This document shows positions 24,899 to 36,630 of a stretch of DNA of 62,099 nucleotides, one piece after another. The stretch is from Octopus bimaculoides (Eukaryota). Position 1 is the first letter of the stretch. The number at the start of each line of letters is the position of its first letter. The stretch spans positions 68,786,193 through 68,848,291 of the forward strand of contig NC_068984.1 in assembly GCF_001194135.2 (NCBI RefSeq). The letters run 5' to 3'. The notes under the pieces are model-generated. The model saw only the letters and a list, made by a program, of their open reading frames with translations. It did no database searches and was not told where the DNA came from. The position numbers were made by a program, and so were the translations under genes.

Positions 24899-25630
24899 GT
24901 ATGGATATACAGGAAATTATTTTTGACGAGAAAAATCAATGTTGCAGAAGAGGGGAAAATGTTATGGAAAATACTGTACAAAGTAATTATGGTTGCTAGT
25001 GATTTGTTCAAATGATAGCAGCAAGAGGCTTAATTAGATTATTAACATACTTTTAGAAAATAGATATGAGCATCTAATTGTAAAATAATTCTTATATGAG
25101 CCGTGTTTGCATTCGGTTAGATAAAGTGTGGTATAAATTGTAGGTAAGATTTAGATCATATCTATATGGCCTTTATTTGCGAGATAATATTTAATAAGAA
25201 GGCCTTCGGTAAATATTGGATTTGTATTGTATGTGAAGGAGTATATTTCAATAGAACTACAATTAAAATGCAATTATAGGCATATATTTTCATTATGTAA
25301 AGAAATATAACTTGGAGTACAAGCGAGTGCTGGCAAATGACGGCGAGAATAAAAGGTAAAATTAAGACTAATGAGGCGTTGCTAATAACTAAATAAGTGG
25401 TTATAATTAAAGTACAGATTTATACAATTAAAGCATAGATTTTTCTTCCGTATAAGTTTCTTTACAATAGTATGTTCAAGAAACGTATAGGAAAAAAATA
25501 TTAGTATCATTGTTAAAAATGACCAAAATGAATGCAATATACTGAAATGAATTTGAAGAAGACAATTTCTGGAGCATTTATGTCGGTGCAATCAAAAGGT
25601 AAATTATAAAATTATAACAGAGAGGTAATA

Positions 25631-26825
25631 TTGGGTCATCCCATAAGTAATGCTTTTTATATACTTCTTCTATTTTTTGAAATTAAGATAAAGTTCTTTT
25701 CCAATCTAAAATATACTTCTCTTCATTTTCTAGAATGTTCTTCCATCTATCTGGTAGACTTGCAAGTTTCTTCTTCCAAAATTCACTTGTCCGTGACGAA
25801 ATATACTCCTCCAGGACTGTTCTGACCACATCTGGAGAATTCATATATTTTTCGTCCAAATGATTTTGAAGACTGCGGAATAAATGATTATCAGATGGGA
25901 CAATGTCCGGCGAATATGGTGGGTGGAGCATCGTTTCCTATTCAAACTGCTCCAGCCTTTGAAATGTCATCATTACTGTATGTAGCCAAGCATTACCCTG
26001 ATGGAAGAACAACTTTCGTCTTGAAACCAAAGATGGTCGGTTTTTCTTTTTCTAGCACTGACTTAAACCGCTCAAGCTGCTCCCAGAAAATCTCCTTTTT
26101 TATAGTTTGATTTGGGTTGAAAAGGTCAAAATGGATTAAACCTTTCATGTCCTACCAAACAGATAAAAACACCTTATGTAGGTGAAGACCTTCTTTAACC
26201 TGGGGTACCCGTGCTTCTCCTTTCCCTACCCACTGTCTTCAGCGATTGACATTTTTATAGAGAATTCATTTCTCGCACGAGTCACTATTCGTTAAAAAAA
26301 CAGAAAAGGTTCATTCGTGAGATATGATAACAAAGAAGAGCACACAATCACTCTCTGCGTGCGATTAAACTCTGAAAATTTGTGAGGAAGCCATTTACCC
26401 AATTTGCTGACTTTTCCGATGGCACAGGAAAATGGATATTTTTTTAATGAAATCTTCTACAAATATACTTCGGACTATGTAGATTCCACGCAAATTGAAA
26501 TTTTGAGGGAAGACAATCGGGGATTATTTTTGAGAACTGTTCCCCAGTCGGGGGTTTTCGGAACAACTCGTCCAAAATGTCTCTGTTTTGTTCGTTTCTG
26601 TATCCGTAGATTTCTACTGAAGCAGCAGGCAATGAAGGCAAATGAAGCCCTAACTAGAAAACTCATGCTAAAAATAGCATCTAAATGTCTGGTACATAGA
26701 TATATGTTATCAAGACGATTTATTTGTTGCATACGATTTGTTTTTCACTTTACGTAATTTCCCAGATAATGTTGGACTTCACCTTGCTCCTGTCATGGGC
26801 AATTATATGTAGGATGTCCGCGAGT
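25631..26825 (-). mobile_element. Near-full-length decayed DD34D mariner
   Basis: TA, then TIR TTGGGTCATCCCATAAGTAATGC. Minus strand gives FHQGNAWLHT...LHPPYSPDIVPSDNHLFRSLQNHL (34-residue spacing, second D mutated to G) and upstream KVSKLGKWLPHKFSEFNRTQR. A degraded opposite TIR lies near 26800-26825. Confidence 0.9.
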
Positions 26826-27297
26826 TGGAAATTCCCAAAATATTTTCATTTATACCTCAATTAAAGGATATACTCAAAACATCGAATATTTAGAAACTCT
26901 AGATAATTAAATTAATTACTTTCCGGATTTGTTTCCAATACCTTTGTTTCTACTCACGTCACCTGATAGAATTTTTGTTAAATGTACTTATCAACAGGAG
27001 GGGAGCGCCCGCATGCTGGTTTTTCTTAAATTTATGTATTTTCAGGTTCAACATGTTTCGAATAAGTATTGACACTTAAAAGAACTATTGACAAAGATCT
27101 ACCTGTATTTTAGCAACAATTTTAACAGTGAGAAAATCGGATAAAACATGTGGTTGACATTAATAGTTTGTACCACAGCTAATTAGAGTTGAGAACTGAA
27201 TAACNNNNNNNNNNNNNNNNNNNNNNNNNNNNNNNNNNNNNNNNNNNNNNNNNNNNNNNNNNNNNNNNNNNNNNTATATGTATATATATACTTATAT

Positions 27298-27704
27298 ATT
27301 TTACTCTTGTACTTGTTTCAGTCATTTGACTGTGGCCATGCTGGAGCACCACCTTTAGTCGAGCAAATCGACCCCACGACTTATTCTTTGTAATTCTAGT
27401 ACTTATTCTATCGGTCCCTTTTGCCGAATCGCTATGTTACGGGGAGATAAACACACCAGCATCGGTTGTCAAGCGATGTTGGGGGGACAAACATAGACAC
27501 ACAAACATACTTACACACACATGCATATACATATATACGACGGGCTTCTTTTCAGTTTCTGTCTACCAAATCCACTCACAAGGCTTTGGTCGGCCCGATG
27601 CTATATTAGATGACACTTGTCCAAGGTGACACGCAGGGTGGGACTGAACCCAGTACCATGTGGTTGGTAAGCAAGCTACTTACCACACAACCACTCCTAC
27701 GCCT
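27298..27704 (-). mobile_element. SINE family B, full length (tRNA head, CORE-like block, internal CA/TG tract, LINE-derived tail)
   Basis: Minus strand head GGCGTAGGAGTGGTTGTGTGGTAAGTAGC...GGGTTCAGTCCC, then CCTTGGACAAGTGTCATCT (CORE-like), and tail GGTGCTCCAGCATGGCCACAGTCAAATGACTGAAAC. Confidence 0.93.
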
Positions 27705-27785
27705 ATATACGCCTATATACATATATATTTATGAAAAAGAAGAGCGAAAATGCAACTTTTTAAAATTAAGTACATTTGAATTTAT

Positions 27786-28384
27786 GGATCTATTTTAAAA
27801 CGGGGTCCACATTTTTCATTAATGTTTTACGTAGTGTTTTTGGTACCGAAAGACTTTCAAACTTCGTATACTTATCTATTTTGTGTTATAGAACAGAAAA
27901 ATATTTTTGTATTCGAATTTATTTCATGTAAAAAATTGTCTAATTTCGATAATTTCAACCAATCACTGACAAGTATTCAGTTGTTTACATTTACACCTTT
28001 GGCTGATTAAACGGTGTAAAGCGTATTTAATTTCCATAGCTTCGTTTTGCTTTTTTATTTTTAAATTTGCTGTTTTACCCTAACCCTNNNNNNNNNNNNN
28101 NNNNNNNNNNNNNNNNNNNNNNNNNNNNNNNNNNNNNNNNNNNNNNNNNNNNNNNNNNNNNNNNNNNNNNNNNNCGACGCTTAATGTATATCGGCTGAAT
28201 GGACGTCAGTGATTGGTTGAAATTACAGAAATACGACAACTTTAACATGGAATAACTTGGGGATTTCTTTTTTTTTTAAGAAGACTAAGAGAAAAAGATG
28301 TTTTATATGACACATTCTACCAGTGTTCCAAGTTTCAAAGTGTTTCGTTAATGAAAAATGTGGCCCCCGTTTTAAAAAAGATCC
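27786..28384. mobile_element. Non-autonomous TIR element with 8-bp TSD and internal CCCTAA repeat
   Basis: TIRs GGATCTATTTTAAAACGGGGTCCACATTTTTCATTAA and TTAATGAAAAATGTGGCCCCCGTTTTAAAAAAGATCC. Inner IR AATTTCAACCAATCACTGAC / GTCAGTGATTGGTTGAAATT. GAATTTAT lies at 27778-85 and 28385-92. ACCCTAACCCT runs into the gap. Confidence 0.9.
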
Positions 28385-28408
28385 GAATTTATTTATATTA
28401 ATACATTA

Positions 28409-28543
28409 CACGAGACGTTCGCATGAGATTGAATATGTATCTAGTTCTACCAATTACATTTGGAGTTATATTTCAAAAGTCTTCGTTTTGGTGCGCCAAA
28501 TACCGGAAATAATTCATGTTCAATCTCATGCGGACGTCTCGTG
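28409..28543. mobile_element. Tiny TA-flanked MITE/hairpin (31-bp arms including TA)
   Basis: TACACGAGACGTTCGCATGAGATTGAATATG (28407-37) versus CATGTTCAATCTCATGCGGACGTCTCGTGTA (28515-45), with two mismatches. Confidence 0.8.
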
Positions 28544-28573
28544 TATAGTTCTGCAATTTATATTGCGAAGACG

Positions 28574-28634
28574 ATCATACTGAAAAGTTACAGACATTTA
28601 CGTAAGTAGCTGACAACGAAACCGGTCTTTGATT
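28574..28634 (+). ncRNA. Degenerate type-I hammerhead-like motif
   Basis: ATCATA-CTGAAAA-GTTACAG...CTGACAAC-GAAA-CCGG-TC-TTTGAT: stem I pairs 5 of 6, GUC cleavage triplet, palindromic CCGG stem III; the core has G8 changed to A. Confidence 0.4.
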
Positions 28635-28906
28635 AATCTTTATATTTTGTATCTTTTCATTTGTCTTGCTCGCTTACGTTCTGGTGTTTGCTAAATTTTC
28701 TTGAGAACATTCTTTTCTTAGTAGTCAGACCGTAGGTGGTCTTCTTCTAGCAAAAGGGATGTCCACTTAGTGGTCATATTTCTTATATGTATGTAATATA
28801 GTTTTTCTGAATTTTCAGATTTTTCAATTTGCTAGGCCACTGGTTTTAAATTGATATTAATCAAATTAATATTAAATTTTTCACCCTTATTATTTAAATT
28901 ATACAT

Positions 28907-28940
<34 letters not shown>

Positions 28941-29299
28941 GTGTGTTTGTGTGTGTGTGTATATGTGGGTATATATATATATACATACATACATACACAT
29001 ATACATACATATTCTTGCACATATACACATACATGCACATACACGCATATAAGCATATATTTGTGTTTAATTTGAGTGTGTGCGTGTGTGTGTGTGTATG
29101 AGTGTACAAATGTGCGCACAAATATTCAATTAGGTAAGGAAATATGATGGAGCATAAGTGCTTGGCTCTCGTAATTAAACAACCAAGCCAATACCTCAAT
29201 CCGTTGCTACTTAGGTGAAAATGTTTAAATAGCTTGTAAGCTTTCTAAAAAAAAAGGTTCAGGATATATATAAATGTGTAATAATCAAATTTACAGATT

Positions 29300-30650
29300 A
29301 GAACAAAGTAGATTTTAAACATTTTTGTCAGTTTTTTTGTGGGCGAGAATACATACTTCTTGAGTACCGCATCTGAAGCAGTCGTTAGGCAAATTAGGTC
29401 TTAAAACATTCAGTTGTGGGAAGATGGCAAGCTTTAAAACTGATCGTCCATTTTAAATGGATGCATCTTGCTTCTAGTTTCCATATAAATTTTGATAGTG
29501 GTTGCAGAACGGTGGTTCCTAAATTTTAAGCAACTCAGATAAGAATAAGAAATTACATTCTAATTTTGGCTAATGTAGGGTATCTTTAAATTGGAATTTT
29601 CTGTATTCGCTACAAAATTAATGGTAATTTATTACAGGAAACTTATGCAGCTGCAACTGCTTATGATCGAGTCGATATATTTGAAATTTGCAAGGTTTTG
29701 TACGAAATTACAAGTGGGTGGATATGAAGTTTTGTAGTATTGTTTAAATGTTCTTGTAGTATTAGGGTTGTGGGAGGAAATGAATGATAATTTTGCGGTA
29801 AGTGTTGCTCAGTTGAGTTGTACAGAAGACCACAAAATAGATTTGCATTTTCCTATTAGTAGTTTTGGTTCTCTTCGTATTTATGGTATACCTAATTATA
29901 TCCAGAGAGACACAACTAAGGAGAATCTCATTATACTAATTGGAAGACATTTATTAAAATTGTTGATTTTTCAAGAAGTTTACACAACATCTGAGGCATA
30001 TTCTTCACAAGATTATTTGTTATATTGTTAGGATAGTTTAATGATTATGAATGTAAAATAGAAATACAATACACTTGCGCTTAGATTAATATAAGGGATT
30101 TTTAAAGTTCAGGATGAAATCAGGAATCTGACTGAGATAATATTAGGTTGAATAGTTATTTGTAGCTCACTGACCAGATTTTTCTGGATTCTATTTCTTT
30201 ATTGAGGATTAAGTTTACTTAAAGAGAGAAACTTTAAATTTGAGTTTCGATGATATATATATAAACCGACAATATCAATGGAATCGGCTGAATTTCTAAT
30301 CCCGTTGCTAATGTAGAATGTTAGGTTTTAGAATGTTCTTTCATTTTAAATTTAAATGTCCTAGATATAGATGCGTGGAGGATGATTTCAGTTTCAAATT
30401 CTTTGTTATTAGTTCATAATTTAGCAAATTTAAAAGCGTCATGTAACATTTCTTTAGATACGGATGGTTAATACTCATTGAATTCAGATTGTTAGAACTT
30501 GGAATTGGTTTTGTATTTGGGATTAGAACTATTCTATGATAGAGTAATATTTCATATTTAATTCTTGAGATGAAACGACCCAATTTTTGGTTTAATTATC
30601 TCTAGATTGCATTTATAAATCACTCCAATATGGAAACACGTATAGGGCTT
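29300..30650 (-). pseudogene. Highly decayed Penelope-type RT/GIY-YIG relic
   Basis: Minus-strand fragments NSMSINHPYLKK, KSSSTHLYLGHLN (like KPTDxHxYLxF) and CNHYQNLYGN (like CxxCxxxYIGQT) occur in the expected order. Confidence 0.45.
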
Positions 30651-30788
30651 TAACTGCAATAGGATCTCTATTGATGTTGAGTCCAAGTTTAGTCGTGATT
30701 TGTTTGACATGTCTATTAATGTCATTTTAGTTGGTCAGTCTCTTAGCGGTGATTTTGCTTATCAGTTTTACACACACACATACACACA

Positions 30789-30842
<54 letters not shown>

Positions 30843-31738
30843 NNNNNNNNNNNNNNNNNNNNNNNNNNNNNNNNNNNNNNNNNNNNNNNNNNNNNNNNNN
30901 NNNNNNNNNNNNNNNNNNNNNNNNNNNNNNNNNNNNNNNNNNNNNNNNNNNNNNNNNNNNNNNNNNNNNNNNNNNNNNNNNNNNNNNNNNNNNNNNNNNN
31001 NNNNNNNNNNNNNNNNNNNNNNNNNNNNNNNNNNNNNNNNNNNNNNNNNNNNNNNNNNNNNNNNNNNNNNNNNNNNNNNNNNNNNNNNNNNNNNNNNNNN
31101 NNNNNNNNNNNNNNNNNNNNNNNNNNNNNNNNNNNNNNNNNNNNNNNNNNNNNNNNNNNNNNNNNNNNNNNNNNNNNNNNNNNNNNNNNNNNNNNNNNNN
31201 NNNNNNNNNNNNNNNNNNNNNNNNNNNNNNNNNNNNNNNNNNNNNNNNNNNNNNNNNNNNNNNNNNNNNNNNNNNNNNNNNNNNNNNNNNNNNNNNNNNN
31301 NNNNNNNNNNNNNNNNNNNNNNNNNNNNNNNNNNNNNNNNNNNNNNNNNNNNNNNNNNNNNNNNNNNNNNNNNNNNNNNNNNNNNNNNNNNNNNNNNNNN
31401 NNNNNNNNNNNNNNNNNNNNNNNNNNNNNNNNNNNNNNNNNNNNNNNNNNNNNNNNNNNNNNNNNNNNNNNNNNNNNNNNNNNNNNNNNNNNNNNNNNNN
31501 NNNNNNNNNNNNNNNNNNNNNNNNNNNNNNNNNNNNNNNNNNNNNNNNNNNNNNNNNNNNNNNNNNNNNNNNNNNNNNNNNNNNNNNNNNNNNNNNNNNN
31601 NNNNNNNNNNNNNNNNNNNNNNNNNNNNNNNNNNNNNNNNNNNNNNNNNNNNNNNNNNNNNNNNNNNNNNNNNNNNNNNNNNNNNNNNNNNNNNNNNNNN
31701 NNNNNNNNNNNNNNNNNNNNNNNNNNNNNNNNNNNNNN

Positions 31739-31767
<29 letters not shown>

Positions 31768-31769
<2 letters not shown>

Positions 31770-34285
31770 GGCAACAAAAATACAAAAGATGCGTCGAAAT
31801 TGGCAGTTCGAGGAGCTCCGTCTCTTTATTCAAGATTGGAGCATGAGCCAGGGTTCTCCATCTAGCGATCTGATAGCGGTGGCCTTGAGAAATTATGGTT
31901 ACCATAGGCCCATGACACAGGTCGTTCGAAAGAAACAAGAGTTCATACGCTCCTATGCTCTTGTCAAGCCGCATATCAACTTTCTAGAAAACGTAATGAA
32001 GGAGACTAGAGTGCTCAAGGATGACCTTGCATGCCTAGAATCCAATGAAGGACAAACAGACAGTAGCAAAAAGGAAAGTGCGAACATCACTGACCCCAAA
32101 AATAGCACTGAAAAAGAATCTGCAGGTTTACCCATCCCCGAACTTATCAGAGCAACAAGCAGAGAAACCTGAAACAAAACCAGCAAAAACATAGAGGAAA
32201 ATCATCAAACATGGATCTTCAGACTAATAGTGCACCAACTGAAAGGAACGCGTCTCAAAAGAGTAGGAAAAGAGATCAACGCATGCATTCTGCACCCCTC
32301 AAAAGGCAAGATGCAGAGGTTGTACGAACTGCAACAATCGAACAACAGTCTTTTTTGAACATGGCCCAGAAGATAGTACAGCAGCTGGCATGCAAAATTA
32401 AAGCTATGCACTCCAATGCAGAAGACCGCCTCAAGTGATAGGCCTACGTTGGTTACCAACAACAACAACTACCCCGATATCGCACCCATATTCCTACTGA
32501 ACATTGAGGGTCTGTTACAGAGGTAACATTCTCTATGTAAAAGAGCTTGCTACATACAATCAGGCAATATGCATGGCACTTACTGAAACGCATCTAGCCC
32601 CTGATGTAACAGATGCGGAAGTACACATACCTAGGTATGCTGTATTTCGTACAGACAGAAGAGAAAGAAGCCACGGTGGAGTTGCTATGTACATCCGTGA
32701 AGATGTCACACCTCTCGTTACATTCAAACTCACTTTGCGACACCTTAATAATACATATAAAGCAAGCTGATGTAGCTGCATGCACAATCCATCGTCCACC
32801 GAATACTACAAAACATGATGGAAAATTTGAGGATAGCCTCAAACAAATAGAAGAGGTATTAACAAACCTAGACCAGAACAACATACTCTTCCTGAGTAAT
32901 TTAAACCTCACACATGCCAAATGGCCAGAAAGTCACATCCTCTCTCCGATGTCACTGCATGAACAAAAGTTTGTAGAGTCCTTATTTGACCTTACTAACA
33001 AGCTGTTGATGGAACAAGTGATATTCAGGCCAGCCAGAGGAAACATACTGGACCTTATCCATAATGTGATGGTGACAGCAACGGCACTCTCAGATCACAA
33101 CATTGTTGAACTAACTATGAATGGTCCTGTGCGAAATGTTGGTATCTACCCAACAAGGAGGACTCAAGCCTTATCCAACCTGAATGTCTATAAGGCAAAA
33201 TGGGAATCAATCCGTAAAGAGATCCACAAACGAAACTGGTCTCAACATTCTGTGTATGCAAGACATTGATCTGAAATTCAGCCAGTTTATGTCAACAGTG
33301 CAAGTTATATGCACTAAATATATCCCAGAAAGAAAAGCAGCATATTGTCAAACACGATTCCCAGGGCCAGAAATATCCTTATGAGACGCAGGTCAAGGAT
33401 CTCAAAGCGGCTGAATAAGTAACTAAAGGATAGAGAGAAGTCTGTCTTAACACAAATGTTCCTAGAAATTAAAAGGAAGATCAAACTCTCTCACGAAAGG
33501 GAAAGAGTAGAGAGAGAGAGAGAGAGAGATAGAGAGAGAGAAAAGAGCTGTGGGCAGCATAAAACAAATCCCAAAGCTTTCTATAATTCGCAAAGGAAAC
33601 AGGCACAATACAATATAAGATAGGACCACTGTTCACTGACGGCGGATCCAGGAAGGATAAGTGAGATACACAGTGAACAATTTAAAAGTGTCTTCACTTC
33701 GCCGCTTGGACACATGCAGATAAAAGATCCAGCTGAATTCTTTGATATTGCAGCTCTAAAAAAGGAGGCGCCAGCCATCGATTACATCAACATTGAGGTG
33801 ACAGATGTAACAGCGGCTATAAATGAAATGAGTTCATGCTTCGCCACTGGTCCTGATGGCTTCCCAGCTATTCTCCTAAAGTCATGTAAGCAGGCTTTAG
33901 CGAAACCACTTCAGATACTTTTCCAAAGTTTCCTTGCAAGTGGTATACTTCCTAAAAAATTCAGGATCAGGTACTGTAATAGTCTAGGGTTCAAAGGCCC
34001 ACAGCTCTTCAATGCCCTGCCAGAAAAATTAATAAATTTGCAAAAAGTGAAAGTAGATGTCTTCAAAAAGGAAGTAGACATCCTCCTCTCTACAATACTG
34101 GAGGAACCAACGGCCCGACAAGAGGTACATACGAGGGCAGCTCCCTTATGCACCAAATGTACCAACAGTTGGGATAAAGGCGCATGCAAGGGTGGTGATG
34201 TGAAACACCCAGAGTGAGGAAGTCCGAAAGACCATAGTGGTGCTCCAGCATGACCACGGCTGCATGGCTGATACGAATAAAAGAG

Positions 34286-34290
<5 letters not shown>
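31768..34290 (+). mobile_element. CR1-like LINE relic: ORF1 fragments, AP endonuclease, RT core deleted, 3' end retained
   Basis: APE motifs MALTETHLAPDVTDAEVHIPRYAVFRTDRRERSHGGVAMYIRE, TIHRPP, NILDLI and LSDHNIV. Pre-RT ATGPDGFPAILLKSCKQALAKPLQILFQSFLASGILPKK joins directly to the C-terminal RYCNSLGFKGPQLFNALP...VFKKEVD. Confidence 0.92.
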
Positions 34291-34320
<30 letters not shown>

Positions 34321-34329
34321 ATGTGTGTG

Positions 34330-34565
34330 TGTGTGTGTGTGTGTCTGTGTTCCTGTGTGCCTGAATTTTCCCCGACTACTGCACTGCTTGACAACCGGTG
34401 TTGTGTTGGTGTATTTACGTCCCTGTAACTTAGTGGTTCGGCCAAAAAGACTGATTGAAGAAGTACTAGGCTTACAAGATATAAGTCCTGGGGTCTCTTT
34501 GTTCGACTAAAGGTGATTTCCAGCATGGCCGCAGTCAAAATGACTGAAACATGTAAAAGGGTAAA
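34330..34565 (+). mobile_element. SINE family B, 3' half
   Basis: CTTGACAACCGG...TTTACGTCCCTGTAACTTAGTGGTTCGG...CCAGCATGGCCGCAGTCAAAATGACTGAAAC. Confidence 0.9.
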
Positions 34566-34734
34566 ATAATATATATAAGAGGTTACGAATTTTTATTCGC
34601 AATGACGTGATTTCAGACGCACTGCGATGTACGTTTGACAAATGTCTTTTACTATAGCACCGAAACTATCATTGATTTGAGATTTAATTTCCTCGTCGGA
34701 AAATGTAGAAGACCGTCTTATAATTATGTATCAA

Positions 34735-34925
34735 TGTGCGTGTCTTAGTGTTTTCCCTTTCACCGCCGAACTACTGATGTCGGTTTGTTTAAGTTTCAAC
34801 ACCCTAGTGGTTTGGCAGAAAAGAATAAGAGAATAATAGAATATGTACGAGACTTTGAAAAATTTAGTAAGATCGATTCGTTCACGGAGGAGAGCCAGCA
34901 TAACCAAAGTCAAGTGAATGAAATA
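34735..34925 (+). mobile_element. SINE family B, 3' half, degraded
   Basis: CTGATGTCGGTTTGTTTAAG...CTAGTGGTTTGGCAGAAAAG...GATCGATTCGTTC...GCCAGCATAACC. Confidence 0.55.
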
Positions 34926-35097
34926 ATGAAAGGGTGAAAAGAATGAGTGTCTGATTTACTCATTAGCACACGCCATGCAGAGCACAATTCGACAATATCT
35001 TGCGTGCCTCTCTCTTATATGCATATGTATATATATGTGTCTGTGCATATGTGTTTACACACACACACACAACATACACACACACACACACACACAC

Positions 35098-35134
<37 letters not shown>

Positions 35135-35463
35135 NNNNNNNNNNNNNNNNNNNNNNNNNNNNNNNNNNNNNNNNNNNNNNNNNNNNNNNNNNNNNNNNNN
35201 NNNNNNNNNNNNNNNNNNNNNNNNNNNNNNNNNNNNNNNNNNNNNNNNNNNNNNNNNNNNNNNNNNNNNNNNNNNNNNNNNNNNNNNNNNNNNNNNNNNN
35301 NNNNNNNNNNNNNNNNNNNNNNNNNNNNNNNNNNNNNNNNNNNNNNNNNNNNNNNNNNNNNNNNNNNNNNNNNNNNNNNNNNNNNNNNNNNNNNNNNNNN
35401 NNNNNNNNNNNNNNNNNNNNNNNNNNNNNNNNNNNNNNNNNNNNNNNNNNNNNNNNNNNNNNN

Positions 35464-35655
35464 GTTCCCACCATCACCGCTTGAAAAGAGTGGTGGTGAG
35501 TTTAGGACCCCATAACTTAGAGGCACGGCAAAATAATTCGATAGAGTAAGTACTAGGCTTTAAAAAATAAGTCCTTAGGTCGACTTGTTGGACTAAAACT
35601 CTTCAAAGTGGTGCTCCAGCATGGCCCCAGTAAAATGACAGAAATAACTAAAAGA

Positions 35656-35660
<5 letters not shown>
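35464..35660 (+). mobile_element. SINE family B, 3' half
   Basis: CCCCATAACTTAGAGGCACGGC...AAGTACTAGGCTT...GTGGTGCTCCAGCATGGCCCCAGTAAAATGACAGAAA. Confidence 0.88.
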
Positions 35661-35687
<27 letters not shown>

Positions 35688-35879
35688 CTATATACACATC
35701 TATATACATATATCCGTCGGCCATTTAATCTCACAAATCGCCTACACTGTTAAGTACTTTATAAGTACGGAACAAATAGTTACTCTGTGATCAGCCATAA
35801 CATTTAACTTCCTAATACATACATACATACATACATACATACACACGCATGAACTTATTTACACAAACATATATATATA

Positions 35880-36060
35880 TAGTAAATCCCGAAAAGAATA
35901 ACAAGCACGAAAAACAACAAAGCGAGGACGTTTAAATTTTAGCAGACGCTCAGGGAAGGAAGAAAGATGCTCAAACGTTTCGAGCTGATGCTCCTCTTTT
36001 GAATCACAGGATAGTCCAATAGAAGGGAAGACAGAGGAAGAAAATCGGCAACGTTTCACA
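35880..36060 (-). other. Putative PLE pseudo-LTR tail with a dead hammerhead-like motif
   Basis: Minus strand TTCA-AAAGA-G-GAGC-ATCA-GCTC-GAAAC-GTT-TGAG: stem II and GAAACGUH are intact, CUGANGA is damaged. Ends about 90 nt downstream in (TA)n. Confidence 0.5.
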
Positions 36061-36585
36061 TGTCGTCACAGATACTCACACACACTCTTATGGTATCTAC
36101 GCATATCTTACTGTTTATGAATGAAAGACGACAGGATACTCAATACTATAATATATCAACTCAAAGTCGTTTTCTACCTGACATTTTCAACTAAGGATTC
36201 GATCACTACTCCAATTTCTTTTGAAACTAGAAGCAACTAAATCATTCCTTCAACACACATGCACACATATATACGTGTGCTTAAACTATTATATGTGTTT
36301 TTTTCTCAAATTGGTAATGCAGCATGTTCCAGGCAAGTATCTGATCTCTCTGTAACACAAATGTAATATACGGTCTTATATTCACCTATAAAAAAGAAAA
36401 ATCCCTCGACATGCTACTAAATTCTGCCTTTCTACTGAGAGATATCATTTCAGAATATAATCTAGAATCTAGCCTGAATTCGTTTCAGATGTAATGAACT
36501 TCTAGAGGAAGAACGAAAAATGAAATGAAAACAAACATAGATATGAAGGGAAATGTTACTTTTACCACTTTACAATTCACACATA

Positions 36586-36630
<45 letters not shown>

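Noticed and set aside
19700-25600. Complex stretches at 19700-20700 and 24300-25600 (also 40550-41030 and 48400-48650) that may be ancient LINE/PLE debris
   Set aside because: I could not recover two or more ordered diagnostic motifs by eye, so they are left unannotated.
28079-28087. ACCCTAACCCT as a chromosome end
   Set aside because: It is internal to a TIR element with TSDs, and ordinary sequence continues on both sides.
29638-29692. Exon-like TTACAG|GAAACTTATGCAGCT...TGCAAG|GT (ETYAAATAYDRVDIFEICK)
   Set aside because: The donor is weak (GTTTTG), and it lies within the antisense of the putative Penelope relic.
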